This document shows positions 25,410 to 38,800 of a stretch of 64,000 bases of DNA, piece by piece; the stretch's first letter is position 1, and each line of letters begins with the position of its first letter. The notes under the pieces were generated by a model. It was given only the letters and a program-made list of their open reading frames with translations, was not told the DNA's origin and searched no databases. This DNA comes from Anthoceros angustus (lineage: Eukaryota > Plantae > Anthocerotophyta): assembly GCA_010909165.1 (NCBI GenBank), contig VJWM01000063.1, forward strand, positions 930,001 through 994,000, written 5' to 3'. Both the position numbers and the translations under genes were made by a program.

Positions 25410-26252
25410 GGATGCTGGAATTGGTGAGGCAGATAATGAAGGTGTTGGAACGAGAATGATGGCAAAGATCTCCGTGAGGAATTCCACATCGTACAAAGAT
25501 CCATTCGCCATGTTTTAGCAGTTATTAGAGAGTGCAATGTTTGATTATTAGAAAGTTTGCTAATGTTTGTGAGATCATTAGAAAGTTTGTGCAATGTTTG
25601 ATGATCATTAGAAAGTTTGTGCAATGTTTGGCGATTATTAGAAAGTGCAATGTTTGATTATTAGAAAGTGCAGCGTTGCATTGTGGTCTCCAAGCTAACA
25701 AACATCTTCTCGCGATTAAAAGATAAAAACACCACCAAGCACAACACGAGGCTCCCTGGTAGCACAATAATAACACTCACCAAACACAATACGAGATCCC
25801 AAGTAGCACAATATTAGCCCCAAGTAGTTCGTCGTTTCTTCTTTCTCTTTAAGAAATGACGCGGATTTTATCTCGAAATCCTAAATACCCAAAACTTCTC
25901 ATGACTTGACAACGGCCCTGCGATTTATCCGCCTTTGAAATACATACTCAAAAGGCCCCATCTACCTATACATCGATACTGCAGTAAGTGAAGGCCTAAC
26001 CCACGCCATGTGCAGTATGCTCTCCGGCTCAACGCCTAACCATTGCACCTTTTTGTGCTAGAGACGTGCTATGGTTTGGGTTTTGTATGGCAAAATCATG
26101 TGCGTGTTGAGCAAAAATCTTGGGTACAAAAGGTATCCAACTCAATGGAACGAAGAGACTGCTGCGATGATATACCATGTGATACTAAGTGCTCCAATTG
26201 GAACCATGCCAAGACTTGTGACATTAGTTCCTACCCATCTTGGAACCATGCC

Positions 26253-26461
26253 GCCATGTGACAACGGTTACTCCCAGTGCAAGGTGGCCTTGCTCCTCCC
26301 AACTGCCACCCTCTCGATCGCAGCTTGACCCCTCTTTTCTCAAGTGTTCAGCTAGTGGTGGTGTCGACAAGGCAAGGGTCTTGGACGGGAAGAGGGTGAT
26401 CATGAACCCTAACGCCATGGAATACATCCCAAGGTCAAAGAGGCCCTTGTTGTCCCTTTAA
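26253..26461 (+). pseudogene. 3' fragment of the array gene (second PAM2-like motif only)
   Basis: Part of a 1.05 kb duplication. ORF track 26240..26461 ends KRVIMNPNAMEYIPRSKRPLLSL. Confidence 0.55.
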
Positions 26462-29400
26462 GGATGCTGGAATTGGTGAGGCGAGCAGCAGGAAGGTGTT
26501 GGAACGAGAATGATGGCAAAGATCTCCGAGGGAATTCCACATCGTACAAAGATCCATTCGCCATGTTTAATGATTATTAGAGTGCAATGTTTGATGATTA
26601 TTAGAAAGTTTGCGCAATGTTTGAGATCATTAGAAAGTTTGTGCAATGTTTGATGATCATTAGAAAGTTTGTGCAATGTTTGGATGATTATTAGAAAGTG
26701 CAATGTTTGGATGATTATTAGAAAGTGCACGACGTTGCATTGTGGTCTCCAAGCTAACAAACATCTTCTCGCGATTAAAAGATAAAAACACCACCAAGCA
26801 CAACACGAGGCTCCCTGTGTAGCACAATAATAACACTCACCAAACACAATACGAGATCCCAAGTAGCACAATATTAGCCCCAAGTAGTTCGTCGTTTCTT
26901 CTTTCTCTTTAAGAAATGGCCGATTTTATCTCGAAATCCTAAATACCCAAAACTTCTCATGACTTGACAACGGCCCCCGATTTATCCGTCTTTGAAATAC
27001 ATACTCAAAAGGCCCCATCTACCTATACATCGATACCGCAAAGTGAAGGCCTAACCCACTTGTATGGTACGATCGCTAAGCCTCCGCTTTCAACGCCTAA
27101 CCATTGCACCTTTTTGTGCTAGAGACGTGCTATGGTTTGGGTTTTGTATGGCAAAATCATGTGTTGAGCAAAAATCTTGGGTACAAAAGGTATCCAACTC
27201 AATGGAACGAAGAGACTGCTGATGATATACCATGTGATACTAAGTGCTCCAATTGGGAACCATGCCAAGACTTGTGACATTAGTTCCTACCCATCTTGGA
27301 ACCATGCCGTGCCATGTTACAATTTAAGGGCATAATTAGTAATTATGACCAAGTGCATAACAAGGCCTAATTGTTTTAGTAGTGTGAAAGAAACATCAAA
27401 GTGCGTGGTTACTTTCTTCCATGTTGTGATGAACCTACACCAAAACGCTTAAGCGTGTTTGGGTATCTACTTGTTTTAAAATATTTACAAGGATATTTAT
27501 TTACTATTTATCCTATTTTCCAATTATAAACAATAGAGCAAGGTGCTCCAAGCCAAATGCAATTTTTCTCATCTCAATGCAATAATAGATGAAAACAATG
27601 AGCTATTAGAAACACCCTAGTTTTGTTTTCCAACAAATGACCCTTCCATGCATGTTTTAGTGAATTCATTCTAAACCTAAACTCACATAGCAACACACCA
27701 CCATATGCGAGATTGAGCTTCCACAAAATATGCCACTACTCGGTGTTGATAACAAAAAGGAACATGGAGGGATCTCAATATCAAGGTATGGTGTACCGCT
27801 TCTCACGGTTTTATGGTGGTTCACGTGAAATGTTTTCCCGACATCGACGGAAAGCTTGTATGTCACACACTTGGTGACATCGGCCACGCAGCCATCCCCG
27901 TGTATTGTTGTCGGTAGGTGTGTGATACGCACATCTTTATGCATAGAAGATGCCAAGGATTGATGCGCATAACTAGAGAAAATAATGTTGACACACACAA
28001 CTCACGCCATGATGAGATTGGTACGCCATACCGAGGTGCTTCACAACATCGGAACGGGTTTACAATTGACCCAATAACCATACACACATCGAACTAGAGG
28101 CCTCCTATGTCATCGCGTTGCTGTTGGGAGGCCACACATTGTGGTCCCATGGGCCATAACAGCCACAACTGCGGTTAGGCCTCTCGGTGGGTTCACACCG
28201 ACCCTCATGTCAAGAGCCGTACTAGGACTTGGTCTAAACCATGTCATGGTGGCCATTTACGTCCTCGCCTTCACACGGACTTGGCCTAACCATGTCATGG
28301 TGGCCATTTGCGATCCCGGTTCACGCGGTGTGGGCCACCCACTTTCACTTATTGATAAATAAAGTGAAATGTCTTAGGCAAGAGGAGGTGAAAAGGACCC
28401 TTCCTTCGCACCAACACATTCATACCATCTTCTAGAGTCATTATATTTTGTCTTCCACCCGCTCTTGTGCGGCCTTCTCTAGTTTGAGTTTATTTTAGGT
28501 TGTTAGATTTTCTATTTAAAATACATTTTATCATGTTATCCAAGATGGATCCACATACTAGGCATTTATGGATGTGTTTTATTATTGGGCTTATGTTATA
28601 TATTACTTTGGAGCTTTGGAGTACACATCATCCATGTGAATGGATTTGTTTTCGCACATCCATTATGATCGTGAGTCCGGTACTTTGGTGATCTCCATAA
28701 TGCTTCATTAGAGATTTAGCATTCGGATCCAAGACGCATTGAATTCAAGATGGATGCAAAGGCGGGACGCATGAAGATGCCGAACACATTCGTCCACTCG
28801 AGCAGTGCAGGCAATCCGTGCTCTATCTCCTCATAATCCTATGCCATGCCTCCATCAATTGGTAGGCCACACAACTCATACCTTCAAACCGCTAGATCGA
28901 TGGGCGTGGAACCCTAAAGTGTGTGGGAGCAAGGAGGCATGGAGGCACCAACGATAGCATGGTAACTCGGCGAAAGAAGAAAAGTGCAGTTCGTAAGGTC
29001 GCAAATTTGAATTGAGACAACGCATTGCGCATGCCCTAGTGTTGTGCACAATGCAATGATGCGGCCACTAATCTCTACTCAATGTGAAGACATCTCACAT
29101 CTAGATCTCACTCAACCATGGGCTGTCCGGTGGCTTGAAGGTGCTTGCCACCGCTAGGATGCCGATTCTCTATTTCATTAACCTACAAGAGTGTTTTCTA
29201 ACTCTTCATAAAGTAATACCTTCTTGGACACGAGCCCCATTAAGCCTATTTTAATTTGTTTATTATGAAAGTGATTTTACTCCTTCATATCGGGATGGTC
29301 ATATTTTGTAAAAGTAGCTTATATTTATAATGTATATCTACTATGATTTAGACTTTCTTGTGATGCCAAAATTTATATATGCGTAAAATAATGTTTCCAT

Positions 29401-30088
29401 CAATAGCTCCTAGGTTGATATATGTAATTTTGGCCATGAAACCACGAAATTATGGATTTAGAGGGTTTTCATTTAGATCCAAGACGCTTTTACACCCTTC
29501 AAAGTAGTGACTAGGAGCCATCACTATTCCTAAGGAGACCTTGTTCGATGAGAAGGGAAAAGGAAGTGGGCACCAACCGCTTGTCTTTGCATTACCTTCT
29601 CACTCGACATATGCTTGCAAGCCTATAATCAAGGTGAGGCCCATACCACGTTGACACACTAATTACGATATTGCTCTCTCAAGATGGGAAATGCTAATCC
29701 ACAAGAGGGATGCATTGCTTAACATGGAATTGCTGTAATAGGAAGCTGCCAAGAAGGGGAGAGGATAATACTACTTAAGGAGTCCAGGAGGGCTAGTAAG
29801 GTCACTTGCTCCCACTATTATGTCTATTTTTGTCACATTAATCATAATTTGAATTAATATACAAAAATAAACAAATCATATTGTCTATATATGTGATATG
29901 GCCACATGTAAATTAATTCGATTATTGAGTCTCTCCATATCCTATTGTCTATATATGTGATGTTGCCTAGGTGTAAATTTATTCGATTAGTTCTCGTGAA
30001 ACTAGTTTGCCAATGAAACTAGTCCCCTTTGCGCCTTTTCTCTCTTCGCGTGATCCTCTCATTTTTCGACAAGTCGTGATATCAACCA

Positions 30089-31903
30089 ATGCAAAGAGGT
30101 GTGGCTTCAGAGGCGAGGCGAATGGCGTGTGTAGTTAATGGCGATGGGAGCAACTCTCTGCGCTACCAATGCCGGGTTTGTAGTTAATAGCATGGCTTGA
30201 ACTTGAAGCGTTGCAGCATCAATCCTCTAAGTAAGGAGGATGAAGGATGGCGAGGAAGTAGTACGTGAGGCGATTTGCCCATGGAAATCGGAGAAGAAAT
30301 GGAGCCCAAGGCTTAGTAAATGGTAACGGGTGCCAACTCAAAAGTGCGAGCAATGCTCCAAGGAATCGAGAAACATGGGCGATTGGAGGTCAATTTTTGG
30401 GGTAGCAAGTGGTAATGGGGCAACAAATGGTAATGCCTCTTATGATGGCAAGAGGAGAGTGAAGCCTGCTTTCAGCAGACTGGTCGAAGCTTGGAGGCCC
30501 CGAAGCGTGCACACTCAAAAGTACACGCACGTGGTGAGTCTCCTTTGGATGAGCCCAAGGCCAAGGGTGCTACCGTGTGGTGAAGACGGTGTCGAAAATT
30601 GTGTCCCTTCAAGAAACCGAATGATCGAACCCTCACTCGGCCACTTAGAGTCTGGAACTTCATATAAGGATGCACTTGCACTTCACGTTCAAGTGAGGCC
30701 TCCGCATGCTGGTAGTAAGCTAAAGGACACGGATAGCGAGCCTCTTCCACATCAACATGAAAGTGCTAATGTGGTGAAGAATGTAAGTCGGGATGAGGCG
30801 GCGTCATGACAAAGTGAACGGTAGAAAAAATGTCATTGTTCATGGGAAGAGGTGGGCCGATGTGGGCGACAAACCTCCTGTTAGGGGAGAGAATTATGAA
30901 TGGAATCTCCAACAAGGTTGTTCAAAGCTAGTGAAAATGGTCACAAGACAAAGCAAAGTAATGGAGTGGACGGCATAGCCACAAACATAATGGAGTGTTC
31001 AAGGGTTTGCGAAAATGAAGGGTGGATCCAAGGCACGTGAAGAGAAGAAGCAAATGCCCAAAGTGGGCGGATCTCCGCCAAGGTCTATGATAATGGTCAA
31101 GCACTGGCTTGCAAGTCATAGTGACGATGTGTATCGGGCAATTGAGGCGGCTTCTATGGTGAAGGAGTTGTCCAAAATGGTGGCGATGGCCTCATAGTGG
31201 ATAGTAATGGTCATCATGTCATTGAGGCGAGCATGAGCCATGCATCTACCCCAAAGCGGCTGCGACAAAAAGCGTGGTGAGTGGAATATCACGTTTGGTA
31301 CTATAGCTGAATGTGACATAAAGGCATTAGTTGAGAATACAAGTTCAGGAGATGGTGAAAGGAGTTATAGCCCTAAAGCCATCGGTGAAAGTAAGGAACA
31401 TGTTAAACCTCCCCCAGAGATTGGTTCAAATAATATAAATGATGTTGAGGGGCAATTTCTTGCAAAGGCGATTCCAGATAGTGAGGGCAGCCACATTTCT
31501 AAACAGATTTGTGAGAAGGAGGAGACATATATACCTCAGAGAGATATCTTGGTGCAGTCAACTGTGGAGGAAGCTGAAAATAGTCAACCTGAGACTGCAC
31601 CTAACCGTCATGCAACAATAAAACTTTCTGCTGCGGCTCTACCTTTCACTCCTCCATCGTGTGACTCCTATTCGGAGGCGGCTTTCCACGCCATGTGACA
31701 ACGGTTACTCCCAGTGCAAGGTGGCCTTGCTCCTCCCAATCAGCCACCTCGGTCTCGATCGGCGACTTGGCCCCTCTTTTCTCAAGTGTTCAGCTAGTGG
31801 TGGTGTCGACAAGGCAAGGGTCTTGGGCCGGAAGAGGGTGATCATGAACCCTAACGCCATGGAATACATCCCAAGGTCAAAGAGGCCCTTGTTGTCCCTT
31901 TAA
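30089..31903 (+). CDS. Array gene copy 5 (best-preserved C-terminal half)
   Basis: ORF track 31240..31698 (GEWNITFGTIAECD...ATIKLSAAALPFTPP) and 31661..31903 (...IMNPNAMEYIPRSKRPLLSL*). Confidence 0.62.
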
Positions 31904-34900
31904 GGATCTGGGAATTGGTGAGGCATAGCATGCGAAGGTGTTGAACGAGAATGATGGCAAAGATCTCCGGTGGGAATTCCACATCGTACAAAGATCCATT
32001 CGCCATGTTTATGATTATTAGAGAGTGCAATGTTGTGATTATTAGAAAGTTTGCGCAATGTTGTGATCATTAGAAAGTTTGTGCAATGTTTGATGATCAT
32101 TAGAAAGTTTGTGCAATGTTTGGCGATTATTAGAAAGTGCAATGTTGTGATTATTAGAAAGTGCAGCGTTGCATTATTGGTCTCAAGCTAACAAACATCT
32201 TCTCGCTGATTAAAAGATAAAACACCACCAAACACAACACGAGGCTCCCGTAGCACAATAATAACACTCACCAAACACAATACGAGATCCCAAGTAGCAC
32301 AATATTAGCCCCCAAGTAGTTCGTCGTTTCTTCTTTCTCTTTTAAGAAATGGCCATTTTATCTCGAAATCCTAAATACCCAAAACTTCTCATGACTTGAC
32401 AACTGCGATTTATCCGTCTTTGAAATACATACTCAAAAGGCCCCATCTACCTATACATCGATACTGAAAGTGAAGGCCTAACCCACGTTGTATGGTGCAG
32501 TATGCCAAGCCTCCGCTTTCAACGCCTAACCATTGCACCTTTTTGTGCTAGAGGCGTGCTATGGTTTGGGTTTTGTATGGCAAAATCATGTGCGTGTTGA
32601 GCAAAAATCTTGGGTACAAAAAGGTATCCAACTCAATGGAACGAAGAGACTGCTGCGATGATATACCATGTGATACTAAGTGCTCCAATTGGAACCATGC
32701 CAAGACTTGTGACATTAGTTCCTACCCATCTTGGAACCATGCCGGCCATGTTACAATTTAAGGGGCATAATTAGTAATTATGACCAAGTGCATAACAAGG
32801 CCTAATTGTTTTAGTAGTGTGAAAGAAACATCAAGGGTACGTAAGCGTTACTTTCTTCCATGTTGTGATGAACCTACACCAAAACGCGTTTAAGCGTGTT
32901 TGGGTATCTACTTGTTTTAAAATATTTACAAGGATATTTATTTACTATTTATCCTATTTTCCAATTATAAACAATAGAGCAAGGTGCTCCAAGCCAAATG
33001 CAATTTTCTCATCTCAATGCAATAATAGATGAAAACAATGAGCTATTAGAAACACCCTAGTTTTGTTTTCCAACAAACGACCCTTCCATGCATGTTTTAG
33101 TGAATTCATTCTAAACCTAAACTCACATAGCAACACACCACCATATGCGAGATTGAGCTTCCACAAAATATGCCACTACTCGGTAGCGGTTGATAACAAA
33201 AAAGGAACATGGAGGATCTCAATATCAAGGTATGGTGTACCGTTCTCATGTTGGTTTTATGGTGGTTCACGTAAAATGTTTTCCGCGACATCTGACGGAA
33301 AGCTTGTATGTCACACACTTGGTGACATCGGCCACGCAGCCATCCCGCGTGTATTGTTGTCAGTGGGTGTGATACGCACATCTTTATGCATAGAAGATGC
33401 CGGATTGATGCGTACTGTCTGAGGAGGAAAATAATGTTGACACACACAACTCACGCCATGATGAGATTGATGCATACCGAGGTGCTTCACAACATCGGAA
33501 CGGGTTTACAATTGACCCAATAACCATACACACATCGAACTAGAGGCCTCCTATGTCATCGCGCTGCTGTTGGGAGGCCACATTGTGGTCCCATGGGCCA
33601 TAACCACAACTGCGGTTAGGCCTCTCGAGGTGGGTTCACACGGACCCTCATGTCAAGAGCCGTACTAGGACTTGGTCTAAACCATGTCATGGTGGCCATT
33701 TACGGTCCTCGCCGCTTCACACGGACTTGGCCTAAACCATGTCATGGTGGCCATTTGCGATCCTCGGTTTCACCGACAGCGGTGTGGGCCACCTTACTTT
33801 CACTTATTGATAAATAAAGTGAAATGTCTTAGGCAAGAGGAGGTGAAAAGGACCCTTCCTTCGCACCAACACATTCATACCATCTTCTAGAGTCATTATA
33901 TTTTGTCTTCCACCCGCTCTTGTCGGCCTTCTCTAGTTTGAGTTTATTTTAGGTTGTTAGATTTTCTATTTAAATACATTTTATCATGTTATCCAAGATG
34001 GATCCACATACTAGGCATTTATGGATGTGTTTATTATTGGGCTTATGTTATATATTACTTTGGAGCTTTGGAGTACACATCATCCATGTGAATGGATTTG
34101 TTTCGCACATCCATTATGATCGGCGAGTCCGGTACTTTCTTTGAGTGATCTCCATAATGCTTCATTAGAGATTTAGCATTCGGATCCAAGGCGCATTGAA
34201 TTCAAGATGGATGCGGTAGCGGGCGCATGAAGATGCCGGCATTCGTCCACTCGAGCAAGCAGTCGAGGCAATCCAGGCTCTATCTCCTCATAATCCTATG
34301 CCATGCCTCCATCAATTCGGTAGGCCACACAACTCATACCTTCAAACCGCTAGATCGATGGGGCGTGGAACCCTAAAGTGTGTGGGAGCAAGGAGGCATG
34401 GAGCCGGCACCATGATAACATGGTAACTCGGCGAAAGAAGAAAAGTGCAGTTCGTAAGGTGCAAATTTGAATTGCGGAACAACGCATTCGCATGCCCTAG
34501 TGTTGTGCACAATGCAATGATCACGGCCACTAATCTCTACTCAATGTGAAGACATCTCACATCTAGATCTCACTCAACCATGGGCATGGTGGCTTGAAGG
34601 TGCTTGCCACCGCTAGGATGCCGATTCTCTATTTCATTAACCTACAAGAGTGTTTTCTAACTCTTCATAAAGTAATACCTTCTTGGACACTGGCAGCGTA
34701 TTAAGCCTATTTTAATTTGTTTATTATGAAAGTGATTTTACTCCTTCATATCGGATGGTCATATTTTGTAAAAGTAGCTTATATTTATAATGTATATCTA
34801 CTATGATTTAGACTTTCTTGTGATGCCAAAATTTATATATCGTAAAATAATGTTTCCATCAATAGCTCCTAGGTTGATATATGTAATTTTGGCCATGAAA

Positions 34901-35149
34901 CCACGAAATTATGGATTTAGAGGGTTTTCATTTAGATCCAAGGCGTTTTACACCCTTCAAAGTAGTGACTAGGAGCCATCACTATTCCTAAGGAGACCTT
35001 GTTCGATGAGAAGGGAAAAGGAAAAGGTATGGGCACCAACCGTTTCTTTGCATTACCTTCTCACTCGACATATGCTTGCAAGCCTATAATCAAGGTGAGG
35101 CCCATACCACATTGACTGCTAATTACGACATATTGCTCTCTCAAGATGG

Positions 35150-35154
35150 GAAAT
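35150..35154. other. Target-site duplication (left copy GAAAT; right copy TAAAT at 50716-50720)
   Basis: The uninterrupted unit reads AAGATGGGAAATGCTAATCC. AAAT is present on both sides of the element (4/5 match; right junction is noisy). Confidence 0.7.
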
Positions 35155-35722
35155 TGTGGCGCGACTTTCGTGATGGCGGTAGGCGCGCACAATCCGTGTC
35201 GTTGTAGGAAGAAGTCCGTTCCCAAGGGAATGATAGGCTCGTTTACGCGTTTGGTGATTCCTACCTTAGCGCTCGTTCGGCCTCAACACACATACTCCTA
35301 ACTACTCTAGCGTTCACCGTCTGGGCCGGTATGGCCAAGCGTTTAAGGACCCGTTCGCGTCCGTATCGTTCACATCGTCCCTCACACAGTCCTTTCCTCT
35401 CTCCCCTCACGCTACACTCCTCGGTCTTAGAAAAGCGCGGGTTACAGTCGGACCTCCTCCGTCGTTCCGGGCCTCTCCGTCAAGACTCTGCGCCCTCCGG
35501 AGTTCCTCGGCTCACACGTTCGATCCGTTCGGTCTTTGGGGCGCGGCTCGAGACGCACGATCACCCTTCCTGCACACACCACAACGTTAGGTCCGTCACG
35601 GGACCTTGATCAATCTCCCTGCGTGCACCTTTCGGTGACTCGGGACTCACGTTAGCAAGAAGACACACAAAGGTGCAGAGCGGCATCAACACCAAGAGAA
35701 GATGATTTATTGGCCTTAGCCC

Positions 35723-35730
35723 CTCTTATA
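35723..35730 (-). promoter_or_regulatory. LTR TATA box (3' LTR copy)
   Basis: Minus strand GTAGTATAAGAGGGG, ~570 bp from the LTR 3' end and conserved in the other LTR. Confidence 0.6.
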
Positions 35731-35899
35731 CTACGCCGAAGGTCGGCGCCTTTATTACACCTCTATTACGTGAGGCCCATTTCGGTGTACCTAACGGCCG
35801 CCTACTACCACCTATTCCACCTATCGCCGTCGGTGGTGTGGATAGCCCCTCATTCCTTCTTGGCACGGTGGCAAAACCGCCGGCGCGCCAATCGGATGA

Positions 35900-38800
35900 T
35901 CAGCGGGACCCCTTCCTCTTCCAGTGCATCTGCGCCCGTGGCGGCACGCGATCACCAAGTCCTCCTCGTCCTCCCCTCTTCTCTCTCCCGGGCCCTGCGT
36001 GGGCCCTCAAGGGTTGGATCTGCTGGGGTTGGTGATGGCTCTCCCCACTCCCGAGTTTGGACCTCGGGACCTGTCTCGACTCGGTCCGGACCTCGGGGTC
36101 GGCCTTCCTCAGTCCGGACCTCGGGGTCGGCCTTCCTCTCTCCCGGCCTTCTTTGAGTCCGGTCCTCGGGGGCTTGCCTCTGGTCCGGTCTTGGACCCAA
36201 CCCTTCCCACAGGGTCCGGACCTCGGGGCCGGACGAGTCTGGATCCTAAGTCGACTTCCTTGAGGCGGACCTCGGGGTCGGCCTTCCTCAGTCAGGACAA
36301 AGTCCGGACCCTCGCTCTGGGCATGCCTCCTCGCCCGGGCCAGGTTCATCCAGCCCTCCCTTGGTTCCCGAATGCCCGGTTGCTTTCCCTTCAAGATCCT
36401 CCCTCGTCCTTCCATGCGAGGTCTGCTTACCTCGGTGTGGCGCCTTCCTCCTCCGGTTCCTCCTGCTCTCCTTCGCGCTGCTGCGTCGTCAAGCAGCGCT
36501 CCTAGGACTCCAGCGGTTGTCTTGTCCCGGGTCCTCCCTCGCTCCTCCTTGGTCCCTTGGAGTCCACCCTCCCACCTGGGGTGGCGCGGGACCTCGAGCC
36601 TTGAGGAGCTCTGCGTGGTAGTAAGTCGGAATCGACTTGAATCGCCTCCTCCACATGAGCCGGGCACCGTACTCCCTCCTCCAGGTGCTCGTGGCCAGGC
36701 GGTCGCCACTTCTTGCTTTGTCTCGTGGCCAAGCTCACGGTATGGCGGGCGGACTCCCTTGAGGCCGTCAAGGCTGCCTCCGTTACCTCTTGCAACCTTG
36801 CTGCTGCTCGGCGTTCTCCTCCTCCGTTGTTGCTTGACTCCGCCATTTGCGGGCCATGGGTGAGCTCTCCTTCCTTGAGGCGGACCTCGGGGCCGGACGA
36901 GCGGTACCTTTTCCTCGGTGCCTTCCTCCCTTCTTCTATTCTTTCCGGAGGTCCTCCACTTCCTTCTCCAGGCGGGCGGTATCCCGTCAGGCTCAGCTTC
37001 CGCCACGTCCTGCCGCTGGCGTCGAACTCCTTGCGCCGCCTTCTCCTCCGTCTTCAAGCGGGCTGGGCGTTCCACCTCTCGAAGTCTTGGATTCTCTCGT
37101 TGAGAACCCCTGCTCCGTCATCTTGGGTTGCAACTCCAAGGTGTCCTTGTTGTCCTCCGACTCACCTCCGCCCTTCTACCTCCTGCAGTGCACCACAGGG
37201 TCCCCAATCTCCCGGGTCTTGGCCTCGCCTCCTCACGGCTCGGCCGTGCTTGCTCCATGACCACTTGCTCGGCCTTGTTGGCGGCTCTCGGCCGCCTCTC
37301 TCCACCGGTTCGATCACGCGATAGTGATCGCGATCGGCGCCCGTGGCCTCCGCCTCCTTGGCCACCTTCACAGCCTCTCGGCTTGGCTCTGGTCGGTCAG
37401 GCTGCCTCGCGAGATCCGCGCCCGTTCGCTTGCGCCGGGCGTCCTCGCTTCCTGCTGCGCTACGCCCCTCTGCCTGCAGAGGTCCTCCGCCCGCGCTTGG
37501 GCCTCCTTGGCACCTTGTTCCTCGGTGAAGGAATTTAGTCGGTCCTTGCGGATGGACCAAACCTCCCTCTCCGCCTCCCGGCGTTTTCCTTCCTCAATCC
37601 GAGGCTTGGCCTTCCTTCTCGCCTCCACAGGCTCCCTCAGCTGCTCACGGAGGAGCACCATGCGCCTCGGGTGGCTTCCACCTCACAGGCCTTCTCGGCC
37701 ATCCCGCCTGAGACCCAGGCATACCGTCCATGGCGGTGGCAGGAACGTGTGTTTCTTCACGGCGCTGATGAGGCTCCCACAAAGTCCGTGGCGGGCCGGC
37801 ATCTGATCCGTCGAGGACCTCCATCTGCGATCCAAGTCGGTGGGTTCTCGGACAATCGGGACCCTTAGGTCACGAGTGGCTCGGGCTTCCCCTCCTTGGC
37901 CCTTTTGGCGCGAGCTCCTTCTCCGCCCTTTTCTCACAGGGCTCGGCGGAGGTGATGGAGTCGGGAGCACGCCCTTTGCCCCTTCACATCGGCGGCAGGA
38001 CCCGGCTCTGGATCACGGCTGCGCAGTGTCCTCCGCTCCAGGCGGCGTCCTTTACGCCCTCCTTCACTTCCTCCGCTTGCCACTCAGGTGGCGGGGAAGA
38101 ATGCCACCGGCCCAGGGTGCAGCGTTGGTAGCCGTGGTCTTGCGTCTCTTGACTCTCTCACAGTCGGCGGGGCTCCTCGGTAGGAGTGATGGCGGTGCGG
38201 GGGCGGGGGCCTTCTGCTTTGGTATTGGTTGGGGCACGGAAGGAGGAGGCGGGGTGCTTCCCATACTTCCACAGGTGGTGAGGGGTCCGTTCGGGCGTAT
38301 GGAGTCAGGAATCCTCGGTCGTCCTCCTCCAGTCCGTTTGGTTTTTCGGCCGGCCTCCTCCCTCGGCGCCCTTGCCGCTCCACTTGGGAGGCCTCCGGTC
38401 CTTTCGGGCGCTCGCTCAAGCTCTCCTTCCTTGAGGAGTTGAAATGCCCCATACATGGATCGGTATGGGGCGGCCAGAATGGCGAGGCTTCTCGCTCCGA
38501 GCTTGCGAGCCTCACAGCCGGGCGAAGATAATCCTTCCCAGTCCGCCCTCTTCCCAGCTGCGCGTGCGGGAACACAATAGATTATCACCAAGGTGATCCA
38601 CCTTGGTGAGTAGGTTCGATGGACGATGATCCGGGCCACACCGACTCGGCTCAGCGTCGGATATCGACCAACCGTTGGTGGTCCGTTGCGTCGAGCCTTA
38701 GCATCTGCTGGCTGGACCTATCTTCCCTTCGCCTTGAGGGCTCGGCACCACTCCCCTCTTCCTCCTTGGGGCGGTTGTAGGCCGCCGGGACCTCAAGGTC

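Larger units (their letters stand above)
541..35154 (+). repeat. Tandem macrosatellite/gene array, ~5.45 kb unit (left arm)
   Basis: Marker TAGCACAATAATAACACTCACCAAACACAATACGAGATCC recurs at ~552, 7465, 13087, 18549, 25759 (partial unit), 26819 and 32250. Spacing of unrearranged units is ~5430-5460 bp; longer spacings are explained by internal duplications. Confidence 0.97.

Noticed and set aside
541-35154. rDNA (45S/5S), snRNA or histone tandem array
   Set aside because: No recognisable rRNA, snRNA, tRNA or histone sequence in the unit.
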